Positions 1-10,467 of a stretch of DNA of 64,000 nt are shown in pieces. The stretch lies in the IMG/VR virus record IMGVR_UViG_3300011986_000206, one strand, 5' to 3'. Both the position numbers and the translations under genes were made by a program. The notes under the pieces were generated by a model. That model saw only the letters and a program-made list of their open reading frames with translations. It was not told the DNA's origin and did no database searches. Each line of letters opens with the position of its first letter. Position 1 is the first letter of the stretch. The DNA is from a virus.

Positions 1-68
1 TTGACTTACCAATAATTCCGTTTAATACTAAATCAATTTATATTTTTCAAAAGAACAAATAAAATCTA

Positions 69-97
69 TTGACAAATGTTAAGTGTTTTTGTATAAT
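69..97 (+). promoter_or_regulatory. sigma70/sigmaA consensus promoter
   Basis: TTGACA 69-74, 17-nt spacer, TATAAT 92-97. Confidence 0.85.
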
Positions 98-118
98 TAA
101 GTTAAGTAAAAAGAAAGA

Positions 119-355
119 GTGAAAAATAAAATGAAATATATTATAGCAATAAATAATGAACAAACTGGAACTGAAATCATTGTTTTAGGAAATAAAAAAT
201 ACTTACAATGGTTTCTAAATGATTGGGAACTTGTTCAAACCGTTAATTGGAATAACTTAGAACAATACAATAATACTTTAGCGGAATATATTGCTTATAA
301 AGTAGATGACCTAGGGAGAAGAACAGAAGCATTTTTAAGAGTAGTAGAAGAATAG
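119..355 (+). CDS. hypothetical protein (start may be ATG 131)
   Basis: ORF directly behind consensus promoter. Confidence 0.65.
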   Translation: MKNKMKYIIAINNEQTGTEIIVLGNKKYLQWFLNDWELVQTVNWNNLEQYNNTLAEYIAYKVDDLGRRTEAFLRVVEE

Positions 356-369
356 AGAAGAGAACTATT

Positions 370-684
370 ATGAATAATAAATTAGAAAAAATCATTAATG
401 AATTAAAATTGTTTGTGAATGAAAATATTCTAAATTCTGAAAATATAACAAAAGAATATTTTGAAGAAAAATATTATTATTTTTTAAAAGAACTAAACTC
501 TTTTAATGAAAGTAAAAGTACATATGATGGAAGTACAACTTTTTATTTTAATCACAATAATGATTTAATTAGTTTTACTTTTTATGAAAAAAATAGTACA
601 AATTCTAATATAGAGAAATTTAAAAGCATAGAAGTTAATTTAGGTGAAGAAACTACTATTTTTGCAATTACAAAATGTTTGTAA
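370..684 (+). CDS. hypothetical protein, paralog of 23161..23478
   Basis: shared ELKxFxxENIxNxExxxxxYFxxKxxYFxKxLN. Confidence 0.75.
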   Translation: MNNKLEKIINELKLFVNENILNSENITKEYFEEKYYYFLKELNSFNESKSTYDGSTTFYFNHNNDLISFTFYEKNSTNSNIEKFKSIEVNLGEETTIFAITKCL

Positions 685-709
685 AATTAAAATGATAAAA
701 GTTGAGAAT

Positions 710-743
710 AAAAGATAGTTTAATTTAAACTATCTTTTTTTTT
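710..743 (+). terminator. intrinsic terminator, probably bidirectional
   Basis: AAAAGATAGTTT...AAACTATCTTTT stem followed by T run. Confidence 0.75.
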
Positions 744-761
744 AATTTTTATATCTACTTA

Positions 762-822
762 TTGACAAATAATTTTTAATATTATATAATTAGAATATAA
801 AAAAGAAAGAGAGAAAAATAAA
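762..822 (+). promoter_or_regulatory. consensus promoter with AG-rich leader
   Basis: TTGACA 762-767, N17, TATAAT 785-790, AAAGAAAGAGAGAAAA before ATG. Confidence 0.85.
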
Positions 823-1140
823 ATGAAAGAAAAACAATATAAAGAACTTAATGAATCAGAAAAAATGATTGTTGGTTATATATATGACCTATATACAGAA
901 TGGAATAATAAAAAATTTGAATCAAATCATCTTAAAAATAGTTTATTTTGTGATTTCTGTGATGAAATTAAACTAGATGAAAGCTCCCTTAAAGATTATA
1001 TTGATTATTCATATCTTTTGGAATATAAAAAAGAATATGAAGTAAAAGATATTGAACGTGGTTATGGTTATATTGTTCCTAAAACAGAACTATTTAAAAA
1101 AATAAAATTTCTAGAAGAATTAAAAATAACTAAAAAATAA
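823..1140 (+). CDS. hypothetical protein, paralog of 15931..16305
   Basis: shared KQYKELxxxEKMxVGYIYDLYxxW...LKNSxFxDF. Confidence 0.8.
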   Translation: MKEKQYKELNESEKMIVGYIYDLYTEWNNKKFESNHLKNSLFCDFCDEIKLDESSLKDYIDYSYLLEYKKEYEVKDIERGYGYIVPKTELFKKIKFLEELKITKK

Positions 1141-1161
1141 AAAGAGTTAATAAAAACTCTT

Positions 1162-1350
1162 TTATTTTTTTCTTTTGAAAAAGTCTTTAATTGGTTTATA
1201 AAACAGTGAAAATCCAATAATTAAATTAATAATACCAACTAAGAAATTTTTTAATGATAATTCAAAATGACTTTGCACATTTTCATATAAACTCAATAAA
1301 AATAGAATATATAAAATAATTCCAGTTATCATCAAGATTCTTTTTTTCAT
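1162..1350 (-). CDS. small membrane protein (2 TM)
   Basis: two hydrophobic segments, GAAAGG RBS. Confidence 0.65.
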   Translation of the reverse strand: MKKRILMITGIILYILFLLSLYENVQSHFELSLKNFLVGIINLIIGFSLFYKPIKDFFKRKK

Positions 1351-1371
1351 ATTAAATAGTACCTTTCAATT

Positions 1372-1644
1372 CTAAAAGAAATCAAAATAGTCAACTTCAA
1401 GTTCAATAGGATAAATCCCAAATTTCCCCAAAATCATATATGCTCTATAATTTTTATATGATTTTTTAATTTCTTTAATAAGTTCTTCATCTTTAAATAA
1501 TTCTGTAGATAAGATTTTACAATCTTTCATTTCTTTAAGTGGAGCTTTAACAAACAAATCAAATTCATCTCCATGTTTTGGTTGAATTGTTTGTTTATAT
1601 AGTTTCGGAGATTCCTCAAAATTTGTAAATTCTAAATTAGTCAT
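1372..1644 (-). CDS. hypothetical protein
   Basis: ORF behind consensus promoter 1678-1706. Confidence 0.7.
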   Translation of the reverse strand: MTNLEFTNFEESPKLYKQTIQPKHGDEFDLFVKAPLKEMKDCKILSTELFKDEELIKEIKKSYKNYRAYMILGKFGIYPIELEVDYFDFF

Positions 1645-2463
1645 AATATATTCTTCTTTCTATTTCTTTATGTTTTTATTATATACTATTGAGAGAAGAA
1701 TGTCAACATAAAATTTAAAATTATTATTTATTTATATTCATAAAGATTGAATAAATAAACTTTAAAGATTTCTGAAAATAAAAAATTAATCAAAAACTCA
1801 TTAAAAATTTTTTGTTCAAAAATGTTGCGATTCTGCTCACCTTAAAATCGTGAAACTCTTAGAGGGATAAGCGATTGGAAGATTTTAGTAGTGTCCCTCT
1901 ATAGTATACTATATATTACTATAAATAAAAGTTATTAAGATTATTAAGTTAACAGAAATAAAGAACTCTTAAAATTAAAAATATATGAATAAAATAAACA
2001 TTTTAATAAAATAAATTTTTAAATAAATGTTCTTTATTTAAGTAGACTTTTTTCTCTTAATTCTAATTTAACTTTCTTAATAGAGAAAAAAATTAGTTAC
2101 AAAAAATTACACGGTTAAAATAAAATTAACTTTCTATTTGATAAATTAAATAAATTAAAAAGAAGAGAATTTTTCGGAAACTAAAGATTTCCTCAAAATA
2201 CCTTCTAATCTGTTTTTTATTTTTAAAAGACATTTAAAAGGTGAATTAAGAAAAATGTTTGAGTAAAACTTTTTCTTGATTCTCTCTTTTATTATTAACT
2301 ATAAAAGTAAATAAATATATTGATTAAAAGATTAAATGAAATATATAAAAGATTTAATTAAATAATAAGTTTTTTTAATTAAATCATAAAGTATATTTTG
2401 TTACTTTTAATATTTTCAGTAACAAATTTCATGACTAATTACATATATAGGTCTAGGAGCTTA

Positions 2464-2545
2464 TAGGAAGCTCTCCACTCGTTTTTAATTATATTTTAAT
2501 ATAAATATACTACCTGATATTTAAAATTGATTCCAGAGCTTCCTA
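2464..2545. repeat. 82-bp inverted-repeat element, copy A
   Basis: TAGGAAGCTCT-60 nt-AGAGCTTCCTA; interior similar to four other copies. Confidence 0.9.
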
Positions 2546-2573
2546 GAGCCTCAGAAACACCAAAAATAAAAAG

Positions 2574-2604
2574 TAAAACAACTCTTAGGATTAGAGTTGT
2601 TTTA
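2574..2604 (-). terminator. intrinsic terminator
   Basis: TAAAACAACTCT...AGAGTTGTTTTA downstream of 2626..3171. Confidence 0.65.
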
Positions 2605-2625
2605 TTTTCATTTATCTATTTAATA

Positions 2626-3171
2626 TTAAGATTTTTTAATGGCTTTTCTAATTTTATTCATTTCCTTCCATTTGTAATCAGAATTAGTATAAGAAGTTAC
2701 ATCAAGTCCTTCTTCAAGACCAATGCGAATTATGTGCATTTGACTCCAATTGAACTCAGGCTTAGAATAAATTAATACATCAATACCATTTTTCATACCA
2801 CAATAAATTTCATTCATTTGATTAGAGTCAAATTCTTCCTTGGCATAAATGGAGACATCTAAATTATCTACAAGACCATTGTAAATGCAAAGTTTTTGAT
2901 TAACATTAAATTCTTCTTTTGCATAAAGTTCAACATCAAAATTTTCACATAGACCAAAATAGATTATTTCCATTTCTTCAAAAGAAAAATTAGGATTTGA
3001 ATAAAATGAGACTTCTAAACCTTCAATAATTCCCTTATAAATAAGTTCTTTTTGTTTATTACTAAAATCTTTATTCTTAATTGAATTTAAAAATTTTTCA
3101 GCTAGTTTTTTCTGCTCAAACCTAAAACCTTCTACTTCATAAACAGTAATTTCTTTAATAAATGAGTGCAT
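2626..3171 (-). CDS. 26-aa helical repeat protein
   Basis: tandem LDVSxYAKxEFxxxQMxEIxxGL repeats. Confidence 0.85.
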   Translation of the reverse strand: MHSFIKEITVYEVEGFRFEQKKLAEKFLNSIKNKDFSNKQKELIYKGIIEGLEVSFYSNPNFSFEEMEIIYFGLCENFDVELYAKEEFNVNQKLCIYNGLVDNLDVSIYAKEEFDSNQMNEIYCGMKNGIDVLIYSKPEFNWSQMHIIRIGLEEGLDVTSYTNSDYKWKEMNKIRKAIKKS

Positions 3172-3238
3172 AATCGTTTCCTTTATTTTAATAAAATTTT
3201 ATAAATATATCAATATTTAAAATCAAAATAAAAACTTT

Positions 3239-3829
3239 TTATTTATATTTTAAAATTCTTTTCATTGCTCGTTCAAATGATTTTTCAATATTAGAGTCAA
3301 TTTCCCATATCCCATTAGGATATAATATTACAAAGCCTCCAATACCATCAAAGTGCAATTCGTCTTGTCTTTGAATAGAGAAACTTAGCCAAGGATAATT
3401 AGCTTCAAGAAAATTCAATCCCTTTTCTTTGTATTCTTGTTCAATCTTTTTAATTCCTTTGTTAATATTAGTAATTCTGTTTAGAACTTTTAATATTTTA
3501 GCTCTGTTTTGATTATTAAATTCTCCAATTAATTTAAAATCAATATTTTCTAAATCAAACAATAACACAAAATCATTTCCTTTAAGATTAAATGGTTCAT
3601 AAATATATTTTTTGTTATTGAGTTCAATTTCTTCAGTACACTCTTTAAACCACAACATATCTGTGGAAGTTTTGTTTCTAAAATGTATATATTCATCAGT
3701 TGAATAAATTAAATATATTCCATTATTAAGAGTTGTTACATCAGCATTTAAATCTCTCATTTTACCATAACTAATATAAATATTAGGAATAGGATTTTCC
3801 TTTTTAAAATTTTCAAGTAATTCTTTCAT
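3239..3829 (-). CDS. hypothetical protein
   Basis: 196-aa ORF, AAGGA RBS. Confidence 0.75.
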   Translation of the reverse strand: MKELLENFKKENPIPNIYISYGKMRDLNADVTTLNNGIYLIYSTDEYIHFRNKTSTDMLWFKECTEEIELNNKKYIYEPFNLKGNDFVLLFDLENIDFKLIGEFNNQNRAKILKVLNRITNINKGIKKIEQEYKEKGLNFLEANYPWLSFSIQRQDELHFDGIGGFVILYPNGIWEIDSNIEKSFERAMKRILKYK

Positions 3830-3857
3830 TTTTTATTTCCTTTATAATATATTAAAT

Positions 3858-4334
3858 CTATTCAAATTTAAAATCATGAAACTTATTTAAGATTCTAGAA
3901 ACTACAGTTTTGAAATTAAAAGTTATATCAGATAAAGGAATAGAGACTTTTTCCTCAAAAGAAATTGGCACTTCATCTAAAGATAGATACCCTCTACTAG
4001 TTTTGTAAGGAACAAGTTCAAAACCTTTAATCTTACATGTAAAAAATTGTATGACTCGAACTGAGGTTAGTTTAGTTTCTGTAAACTTAATTTCTAGATA
4101 GTAATTCATATAATCTTTTACAATAATTCTGTTTTTTCCTGCAAAATTGATTTCTGTTATATTGAATAAAGAAATTAAGTCTATGATAAGTCTTTCTGTT
4201 ACGTTCCACTCACCTCTTTGTATAGAATAAGCAATAAAAGAGTCTTTATTAAAAATATAAGGGTTATATATATAAGAGTCTCCATTTGATAAAATAATTA
4301 AATTGTTAGCTGTTTTCAAATTTCTAATCTCCAC
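3858..4334 (-). CDS. hypothetical protein
   Basis: 158-aa ORF in co-oriented run. Confidence 0.7.
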   Translation of the reverse strand: MEIRNLKTANNLIILSNGDSYIYNPYIFNKDSFIAYSIQRGEWNVTERLIIDLISLFNITEINFAGKNRIIVKDYMNYYLEIKFTETKLTSVRVIQFFTCKIKGFELVPYKTSRGYLSLDEVPISFEEKVSIPLSDITFNFKTVVSRILNKFHDFKFE

Positions 4335-4360
4335 CTTTTAAATTAATAGAAAGAATAGTA

Positions 4361-4591
4361 TTAAATAGCAACTTTTCCTAGTTTATAAGAATATTTACTT
4401 AGTAATTTATCTAGATAGAACAAATCTTCTGTTTTAAGAGTGTTCACTTTTTTAATAATTTCTGAACAATCTTTTTCTTTACTGTTAGCAATAAAACTAA
4501 TAACTTCTAGAATAATATTTTTATTATTATCTTTTTGTTTAATGACATTTCCTTTAATAGCTTCTTTTACAAATGTTTCTTTAATTTTCAT
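4361..4591 (-). CDS. hypothetical protein
   Basis: ORF with AG-rich RBS. Confidence 0.65.
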   Translation of the reverse strand: MKIKETFVKEAIKGNVIKQKDNNKNIILEVISFIANSKEKDCSEIIKKVNTLKTEDLFYLDKLLSKYSYKLGKVAI

Positions 4592-4619
4592 TTTAATTCA
4601 CTCTTTCTTTTGAATATAT

Positions 4620-5219
4620 TTATTTTAGAATTTTAAATTCAATAGTTGATGATTTCATTTTACTTCTTAATGTATTAGAGTTCCAATTGTTTTCAATTTT
4701 ATAAATAACCAAAGTTTTATAATTATCTTTTTCATATAAAACTTTAAAGTAATAATCATAAGAACCATTTCCTTTGTAGTATGATTCCCTAATAAAATCA
4801 ACTACTGAATCATTATAAAACAATTTTGTTAATTCTTTAAAATATTCATCTGATTCATAGGCTTTTAAAACTTTTGTAATTGGAACAAAATCATTTCCTA
4901 AATTAGTATCTTCTAACTCAACTGATTTCAAATCTTGTTCTTCAAAATAATGAATTTCATCATCTTTAGAAATATTGACTACAATCAGTTGCTCCTTTAA
5001 AAATGTTTCCATTTTCCGTTGAGGCATGAAAATATCTGTTTTCTTTCCATTAATAACTAATTGAAATTGAGTTGATTTTAATTTAGTGTAACTATAATTG
5101 TTGGAATCTAAATATCCAATTAATTTAATTTCATCTCCAACTTTCAAAGTCTTAGTTAAAGTTGTTTTCTTTAGAATTTCTTTCACTAGATATAAGTCTG
5201 TACTTACTGTAATATTCAT
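4620..5219 (-). CDS. hypothetical protein
   Basis: 199-aa ORF, AGGAG RBS. Confidence 0.75.
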   Translation of the reverse strand: MNITVSTDLYLVKEILKKTTLTKTLKVGDEIKLIGYLDSNNYSYTKLKSTQFQLVINGKKTDIFMPQRKMETFLKEQLIVVNISKDDEIHYFEEQDLKSVELEDTNLGNDFVPITKVLKAYESDEYFKELTKLFYNDSVVDFIRESYYKGNGSYDYYFKVLYEKDNYKTLVIYKIENNWNSNTLRSKMKSSTIEFKILK

Positions 5220-5272
5220 CTTTTTCTCCTTTTAAAATAATAAATAGAGTTTTATAGAGGTGTAGGAGCTTA

Positions 5273-5342
5273 TAGGAAGCTCTCTAATCGTTTTAAATTA
5301 AATATACTCTCTACTATTTAAAATCGAATCCAGAGCTTCCTA
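5273..5342. repeat. inverted-repeat element, copy B (12 bp shorter)
   Basis: same 11-bp arms, 48-nt interior. Confidence 0.9.
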
Positions 5343-5348
5343 AAGCAT

Positions 5349-5717
5349 TTAAAGAAGATGTTTTAAATACTGTTTCATTGTATCTTTCAAGAATTTAATT
5401 AAAGATATATTATCAAAATAAACTTCTTCTACTCGATAATAACAGTCACAAGTTTGAAGTTGAAATCCTGTAATTTGAATAGTATAAATCTTGTCAGAAA
5501 TCATAATTTCATAGATATGACTTTCTTCATCGGGGAAGTAATAAGATTGATTTCTTCCACCGTGACTAAAATTAAAATTTTTACTTTTTGATTCTTCAGA
5601 TAATTCTTTAATGTTTTTATATCCAAAAATTTTTTCTAAAATTTTTTTAATATCATTAAAATCTTCAACAAGAGGATTTTGTTCAATAAGAAAGATTAAT
5701 TTTTGTAATTTATTCAT
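5349..5717 (-). CDS. hypothetical protein
   Basis: 122-aa ORF in operon. Confidence 0.7.
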   Translation of the reverse strand: MNKLQKLIFLIEQNPLVEDFNDIKKILEKIFGYKNIKELSEESKSKNFNFSHGGRNQSYYFPDEESHIYEIMISDKIYTIQITGFQLQTCDCYYRVEEVYFDNISLIKFLKDTMKQYLKHLL

Positions 5718-5739
5718 GATATATATTTCTTACTTTCTT

Positions 5740-6339
5740 TTAATAAATAGTTTCTTCAAATTCAATATGAGATTGAACATCTTGAATGACTTCTGTAAAA
5801 TCATATCCACCATATCCATCAGCAATTGGGTCTACATTAGCATATTCAAATTCATGTTTAATTTTAGCAACACGAATACGAACAGATAATCCAGTTTCTT
5901 CTTTCATAGAATCTAACATTTCACGGGTTACAGTTTGGTCATCTTCTAGTTCAAATTCAACTTTAAAGAAGTCTTTTCCAGCAATTTTAGTTGATTTACC
6001 CAATTGAATAATTGGAGATTCCAAAAGTAGAGATTCTACATAGTTTAGGTGAGAAATGCGTTGTTCTTCTAGACGTTTTTCTTGAAGCTCTTTTTCTTTT
6101 CGTTCTTTTTCTGCACGGATTTCTTTGATAAAAGGTTCTAGAGATTTAGCTTCATCTTTTTTATAACGAAGAGCAGGTTTAACTTTATCAATACCACTTA
6201 CTTTATATTTAAAACCTTTGATTACATCTTCTACTGTTGATACTTCACGATTTAAGTATTCTTTCCATTCTTCAATTGTTCCAGTATAGATTTGAGTTTC
6301 TTTGTTCCAATAATAAGCACGAATAGTAATAGTTTCCAT
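5740..6339 (-). CDS. hypothetical protein with coiled coil
   Basis: 199-aa ORF behind consensus promoter. Confidence 0.8.
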   Translation of the reverse strand: METITIRAYYWNKETQIYTGTIEEWKEYLNREVSTVEDVIKGFKYKVSGIDKVKPALRYKKDEAKSLEPFIKEIRAEKERKEKELQEKRLEEQRISHLNYVESLLLESPIIQLGKSTKIAGKDFFKVEFELEDDQTVTREMLDSMKEETGLSVRIRVAKIKHEFEYANVDPIADGYGGYDFTEVIQDVQSHIEFEETIY

Positions 6340-6400
6340 TTTAATTTCTCTCTCTTTCTCTTTATGTTTTAATTATATAACATTAAATATTGTTTGTCAA
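6340..6400 (-). promoter_or_regulatory. consensus promoter with CATAAAGAGAAAGAGAGA leader
   Basis: -35 at 6395-6400, N17, -10 at 6372-6377. Confidence 0.85.
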
Positions 6401-6462
6401 TAGAAAAGTGAGAAAATTTTTAATAAAGTGAAGTAATAAAAAATAGACTAACTAAAATTAGT

Positions 6463-7524
6463 CTATTTTAAAATATTTACAAGAAATTTTTTTAGATATT
6501 CAAAGTCTTTAAATTTTATAAATGTTCTAATTTGTTCCATTCTTTGAGCTGAAATTTTAGGATTATTATACCATGAAACATCCATTTTTTCAATTAAACC
6601 TAATCTAATTTGTTCCATTTGTTTTTCTGTAAAATTAGGATTTAAATACCAATTAACTTCAATTCCAGATTTAAGACCTAATCTAATTTCTTGCATTTGT
6701 AACCAGCTATATTCAATTTTAGCAAAATATGAAACATCAATTCCTTCTATTATTCCTAATTTAATTTCTTGCATTTGTAACCAATTTAAATTAGGATTAT
6801 TATACCAAGAGATGTCTATATCTTTATATAATCCATCTCGAATTTGTTCCATTTGTTCATAATCAAATTCATATTTTGCATAAATTGAAACATCTATGCC
6901 AAATAATAATCCCAATCTAATTTGTTCCATTTGTTTGTAATCAAATTTATGATTAGCATAAATTGAAACATCTAGCTTCTCTTTTAGGCCATAAATAATT
7001 TCATCTAATTCTAAAGATGAAAATCCCTTATTAAAGTATGATGTATCTAAATTGTTCTTAATGCAATATTTGAATTTTTGCAATTCATAAGTTTTAAATT
7101 TATATAATTTATTTTCAATAAATGTATTATTATCTAGACCTTCATTAGACCATTTAGATAGAACTGATAGTTTTTCTATATCTGTGATTTTATTTAAAAT
7201 TTTATCAGGTAAATCAATTTTATTCTTAATTTGTAATTGATAAATATTTTTTAATAATTCATATTTATCATATCTATTTTTACCTTTTAATAAATGAGTA
7301 ATATTTAAATTATCTTTTAATGATTTTCTAATTAAATTCATTACTTCACTATCATAATTAGGTGAAATATAAAGTTTAATATCTAAATTATCTATTAAAC
7401 CTTTATAAATTTCTTCTTTTTGTTTATAGTTTAAATAATTGTTTCTAATTAATATATTTTTAAATTTATTATATTGCTCTTCATTTTCAAAGCTGAAACC
7501 TGATAATAGATATTTATTTTCCAT
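6463..7524 (-). CDS. 26-aa helical repeat protein (long form)
   Basis: about 6 clear C-terminal repeats plus degenerate N-terminal ones. Confidence 0.85.
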   Translation of the reverse strand: MENKYLLSGFSFENEEQYNKFKNILIRNNYLNYKQKEEIYKGLIDNLDIKLYISPNYDSEVMNLIRKSLKDNLNITHLLKGKNRYDKYELLKNIYQLQIKNKIDLPDKILNKITDIEKLSVLSKWSNEGLDNNTFIENKLYKFKTYELQKFKYCIKNNLDTSYFNKGFSSLELDEIIYGLKEKLDVSIYANHKFDYKQMEQIRLGLLFGIDVSIYAKYEFDYEQMEQIRDGLYKDIDISWYNNPNLNWLQMQEIKLGIIEGIDVSYFAKIEYSWLQMQEIRLGLKSGIEVNWYLNPNFTEKQMEQIRLGLIEKMDVSWYNNPKISAQRMEQIRTFIKFKDFEYLKKFLVNILK

Positions 7525-7560
7525 TCTTACCTCAATTCTTTATTTTAAAGACTAATATTT

Positions 7561-8121
7561 TCAAAATATATCTTTAGATAAATTAATTTCCTTTTCTTGT
7601 TGATTAAGTATATTTAATAATTTATTTTTAGGAACTTGTTTATCAATTGGTAAAAATTTTTGTAATTCTAAAAAATAATCAATGTTTCCAGAGTGGATTC
7701 TATTCTTTAGATTTAAATAATCATTATTTAAATAAATTTCAGTAAATAATCCAATTGCTTGACTTCTTGATGTTCCTGCCATACAATGAATAACTACAGT
7801 ATCAAAATCATCTTTTTCTTTATGCTCTTTTAAAAAATTAAAGATTTCAAAAGCTTTCTTTTCATTAAAATAAAGTTCTTTTTCAATAAAAGATTTTAAT
7901 TGAGAAGATAGTTTAAAAACTCTTTTAGGAGATAAATCAATAAACTTAGAAACTATAAAATCTTTACATAAAGAAGTTTTTTTAAAATTGAAAGGTATTT
8001 CTCTATCATCATCTCGGATAGAAATAATAATATAAGGTTTTTTAATTTTTAAATTATCAAAATATATATTTTTTAAAAATTCCTCAATTGAATATATTAA
8101 AATTTCTTTTTTATTATTCAT
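7561..8121 (-). CDS. Cys-based (PTP/dual-specificity-like) phosphatase
   Basis: HCMAGTSRS = HCx5R active-site loop. Confidence 0.8.
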   Translation of the reverse strand: MNNKKEILIYSIEEFLKNIYFDNLKIKKPYIIISIRDDDREIPFNFKKTSLCKDFIVSKFIDLSPKRVFKLSSQLKSFIEKELYFNEKKAFEIFNFLKEHKEKDDFDTVVIHCMAGTSRSQAIGLFTEIYLNNDYLNLKNRIHSGNIDYFLELQKFLPIDKQVPKNKLLNILNQQEKEINLSKDIF

Positions 8122-8124
8122 ATT

Positions 8125-8637
8125 TTAAACCTTTTTAAGTTTATTATTAAAAGCAAATTTTAATTTATAGTAATAATATAGAAATTTATTACTACGAATT
8201 TTATAAAGTTGCCATACATCTAATTTTGGATTAATTAAAATTTGGTAGTCTAAATTATTATTTTCAGCTCTAATAATTTCAAGTAGTTGATAAATATTGT
8301 ATTCAGTAGAGTTTTTATACCAACTCACATCAAACCCTTTTTCTAAAGCAAGTCGAATTTCTCTCATATCACCCCAATGAATTTCATGACTATTATAAAT
8401 AGAAACATCAATTTTAGATTTTAATCCTAATCTAATTTCTTTCATCTGAAGTGGTTCTAATTTATTGTTTGAATAAATTGAATAATCAATTTGAGAAAAC
8501 ACGCCTTGAACAATTTCTTTGATTTGACTTTTATTAAATTTTTTACTTTTATAATAATTGATAAATTTTTCTAACTTCTCAGCTTGATTTTTATCTGTAA
8601 TTTTATATTCATTTTCAACTAAATAAACTAATTCCAT
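8125..8637 (-). CDS. 26-aa helical repeat protein
   Basis: QMKEIRLGLKSKIDVSIY repeats. Confidence 0.85.
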   Translation of the reverse strand: MELVYLVENEYKITDKNQAEKLEKFINYYKSKKFNKSQIKEIVQGVFSQIDYSIYSNNKLEPLQMKEIRLGLKSKIDVSIYNSHEIHWGDMREIRLALEKGFDVSWYKNSTEYNIYQLLEIIRAENNNLDYQILINPKLDVWQLYKIRSNKFLYYYYKLKFAFNNKLKKV

Positions 8638-8653
8638 ATCTATATATTCCTTT

Positions 8654-9202
8654 TTATTTCATTTTTTTAATTAAATTATCTAGATATTTTAATTCGGAAA
8701 TTTTTAACTTTTCAAAATCAACTTTTCCTGTAATATCTTTCTTCAATCTACGAATAATCTTCTTTCGTTCAGATAATTCAAGTTCATTCTCTTTCTTATT
8801 AATTTTAGCAACTTCTTTATCAATTTTTGAAACAATTGGTTTTAATGCTGAAATTAATTTTTCAATCTTAATTCTATCTAATTCAGAAATAAAGTTGAAA
8901 GATTTTTTATCTGGATATATAGGAATCCAATGTTTATAAGCTCTCTTTCTTGAATTATTCTTTGGTACAATTTCTAACAAAATAGAACTTTTAATGTTTT
9001 TTGAATCATGACTATAAGGAGAGATTTTAATTCTAACATCATTAAAAATTTGCTTCTCAACTTCTTGGCATAGACTATAACTTAAATCAGAAGCTTTAAT
9101 GACTTTTCCATTAATATATGTAACTTTATTAGAAATTAATTTAGATAAAAATTCTTTTAATAATGTTTTTCTTTCATTTAAATTCACTTGTTTCTTTTTC
9201 AT
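8654..9202 (-). CDS. hypothetical basic protein
   Basis: 182-aa ORF behind consensus promoter 9248-9276. Confidence 0.75.
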   Translation of the reverse strand: MKKKQVNLNERKTLLKEFLSKLISNKVTYINGKVIKASDLSYSLCQEVEKQIFNDVRIKISPYSHDSKNIKSSILLEIVPKNNSRKRAYKHWIPIYPDKKSFNFISELDRIKIEKLISALKPIVSKIDKEVAKINKKENELELSERKKIIRRLKKDITGKVDFEKLKISELKYLDNLIKKMK

Positions 9203-9359
9203 ATTAAAAAACCCCTTAGTCTTAAAACAATTCTTATATTTTTATCTATTATATCAAATCATTCGATTTATGTCAATTATAAAATCTTAATAAAGATGAT
9301 GGAAAATGGAAATATATTAGATATTTTAATTAATAAAATATATAAAGGAAAATAATATA

Positions 9360-10169
9360 ATGAGTAAAAAGTATCATATAAAGAAAGATGGAACTCCTGG
9401 TATATGTAGAGCTAAAGATGGCAATTGTCCTTATGGAGATAGTTCGGAACATTTTCCAACAATAGAAGAAGCTCAAAATTTTGCAGATAAAAGAAATGAA
9501 AGATTAGATAATAGAAATAAATTAGCTTGTCAATTTGTAGAAAATAGAAGTTTTGAATTAGAAAGATGTCTTTATAATCTTTGTGATAATATAGATAAAG
9601 TTTCAGATAAGGATTATTTTGAAGTAAAAATAAAAGTAGATAATGATAATATATTAATTCAAAAATCTTTAGAGATAGATTTATCTAAATATTCTTATGA
9701 TAAGATTAATACAACTACAGTTGTTAATATTAGACTAAATCCAGATAATTTAGAAAAAATGAAAGTTGAAGTTGCAAGAGAAAATAATAGATGGAAAAAT
9801 GCCATATCAACACCTTTAGGTGGTTTAAGATCCATTACTGAAGATGAAACAGAAAGATTAGAAAAAATTGAAAAGAAAATAAAAAATAAAATTTTAAGAA
9901 ATAAAGATAAAATTTTAGAAGCTTCTTTTGATGGAAATAATTTCATATATAATAATATAGAAGATTATAAAGGAAAGACTGTTACTGAAACAATAGATTC
10001 AATAGATGATGATAAATGGTATGTAATTGTAAATAAACAAGGAAAAGAAGTTTCAGAAGGTAGAAAGAGTAATAAAGATTTAGATAAATCTTATTTTAAT
10101 AATAAGATTAATAACATTAAAATTGAAGAACCTGGTGGAGAAGAAGAAAAAATATACTTATATATTTAA
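9360..10169 (+). CDS. hypothetical protein with His/Cys N-terminal module shared with 36132..36536
   Basis: YHIKKDGTPxICRAKxGNCxxGxxxxHFPTIEEAQxxADKxNE. Confidence 0.8.
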   Translation: MSKKYHIKKDGTPGICRAKDGNCPYGDSSEHFPTIEEAQNFADKRNERLDNRNKLACQFVENRSFELERCLYNLCDNIDKVSDKDYFEVKIKVDNDNILIQKSLEIDLSKYSYDKINTTTVVNIRLNPDNLEKMKVEVARENNRWKNAISTPLGGLRSITEDETERLEKIEKKIKNKILRNKDKILEASFDGNNFIYNNIEDYKGKTVTETIDSIDDDKWYVIVNKQGKEVSEGRKSNKDLDKSYFNNKINNIKIEEPGGEEEKIYLYI

Positions 10170-10208
10170 AAGTAAAAGCATAACTAAATTGTTATGCTTC
10201 TTTTTAAT

Positions 10209-10427
10209 TTAATTAACTTTTAAAAGCTCTTTTTCAATTGGAACAAATTTATTGTGATTATATTGTTTAGCAATAGTGACAATTTGACGAAAATAAAGAG
10301 AGGCACTCCGTAAAATTTCAGTTTCATCTTTAAAATTTTCATTAAGATATTCAGACCAATCTTTAATATTTCCAACATAAACTACTTTATGGTTATAATA
10401 ATGAACCCTAATTGCAACTTTTTTCAT
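10209..10427 (-). CDS. hypothetical protein
   Basis: ORF with AG-rich RBS. Confidence 0.65.
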   Translation of the reverse strand: MKKVAIRVHYYNHKVVYVGNIKDWSEYLNENFKDETEILRSASLYFRQIVTIAKQYNHNKFVPIEKELLKVN

Positions 10428-10467
10428 TCTTTATACTCTCTTTCTGTTTTTTAGATAAATTACTTCT

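Noticed and set aside
2464..2545. 82-bp elements as canonical integron attC sites or simple terminators
   Set aside because: No RYYYAAC/GTTRRRY boxes, no integrase, mixed orientation, a 60-nt interior and no U-tract.
2527..2775. Plus-strand ORF in the track, and similar antisense ORFs (5611, 5786, 9099, 9695, 13236, 15176, 16772, 17359, 27088, 32208, 32701, 33642, 35785, 37470, 41822, 46554, 46718, 47448, 57160, 58714)
   Set aside because: They are shadows on the opposite strand of better-supported genes, with Phe/Ser/Leu-rich composition and no RBS.
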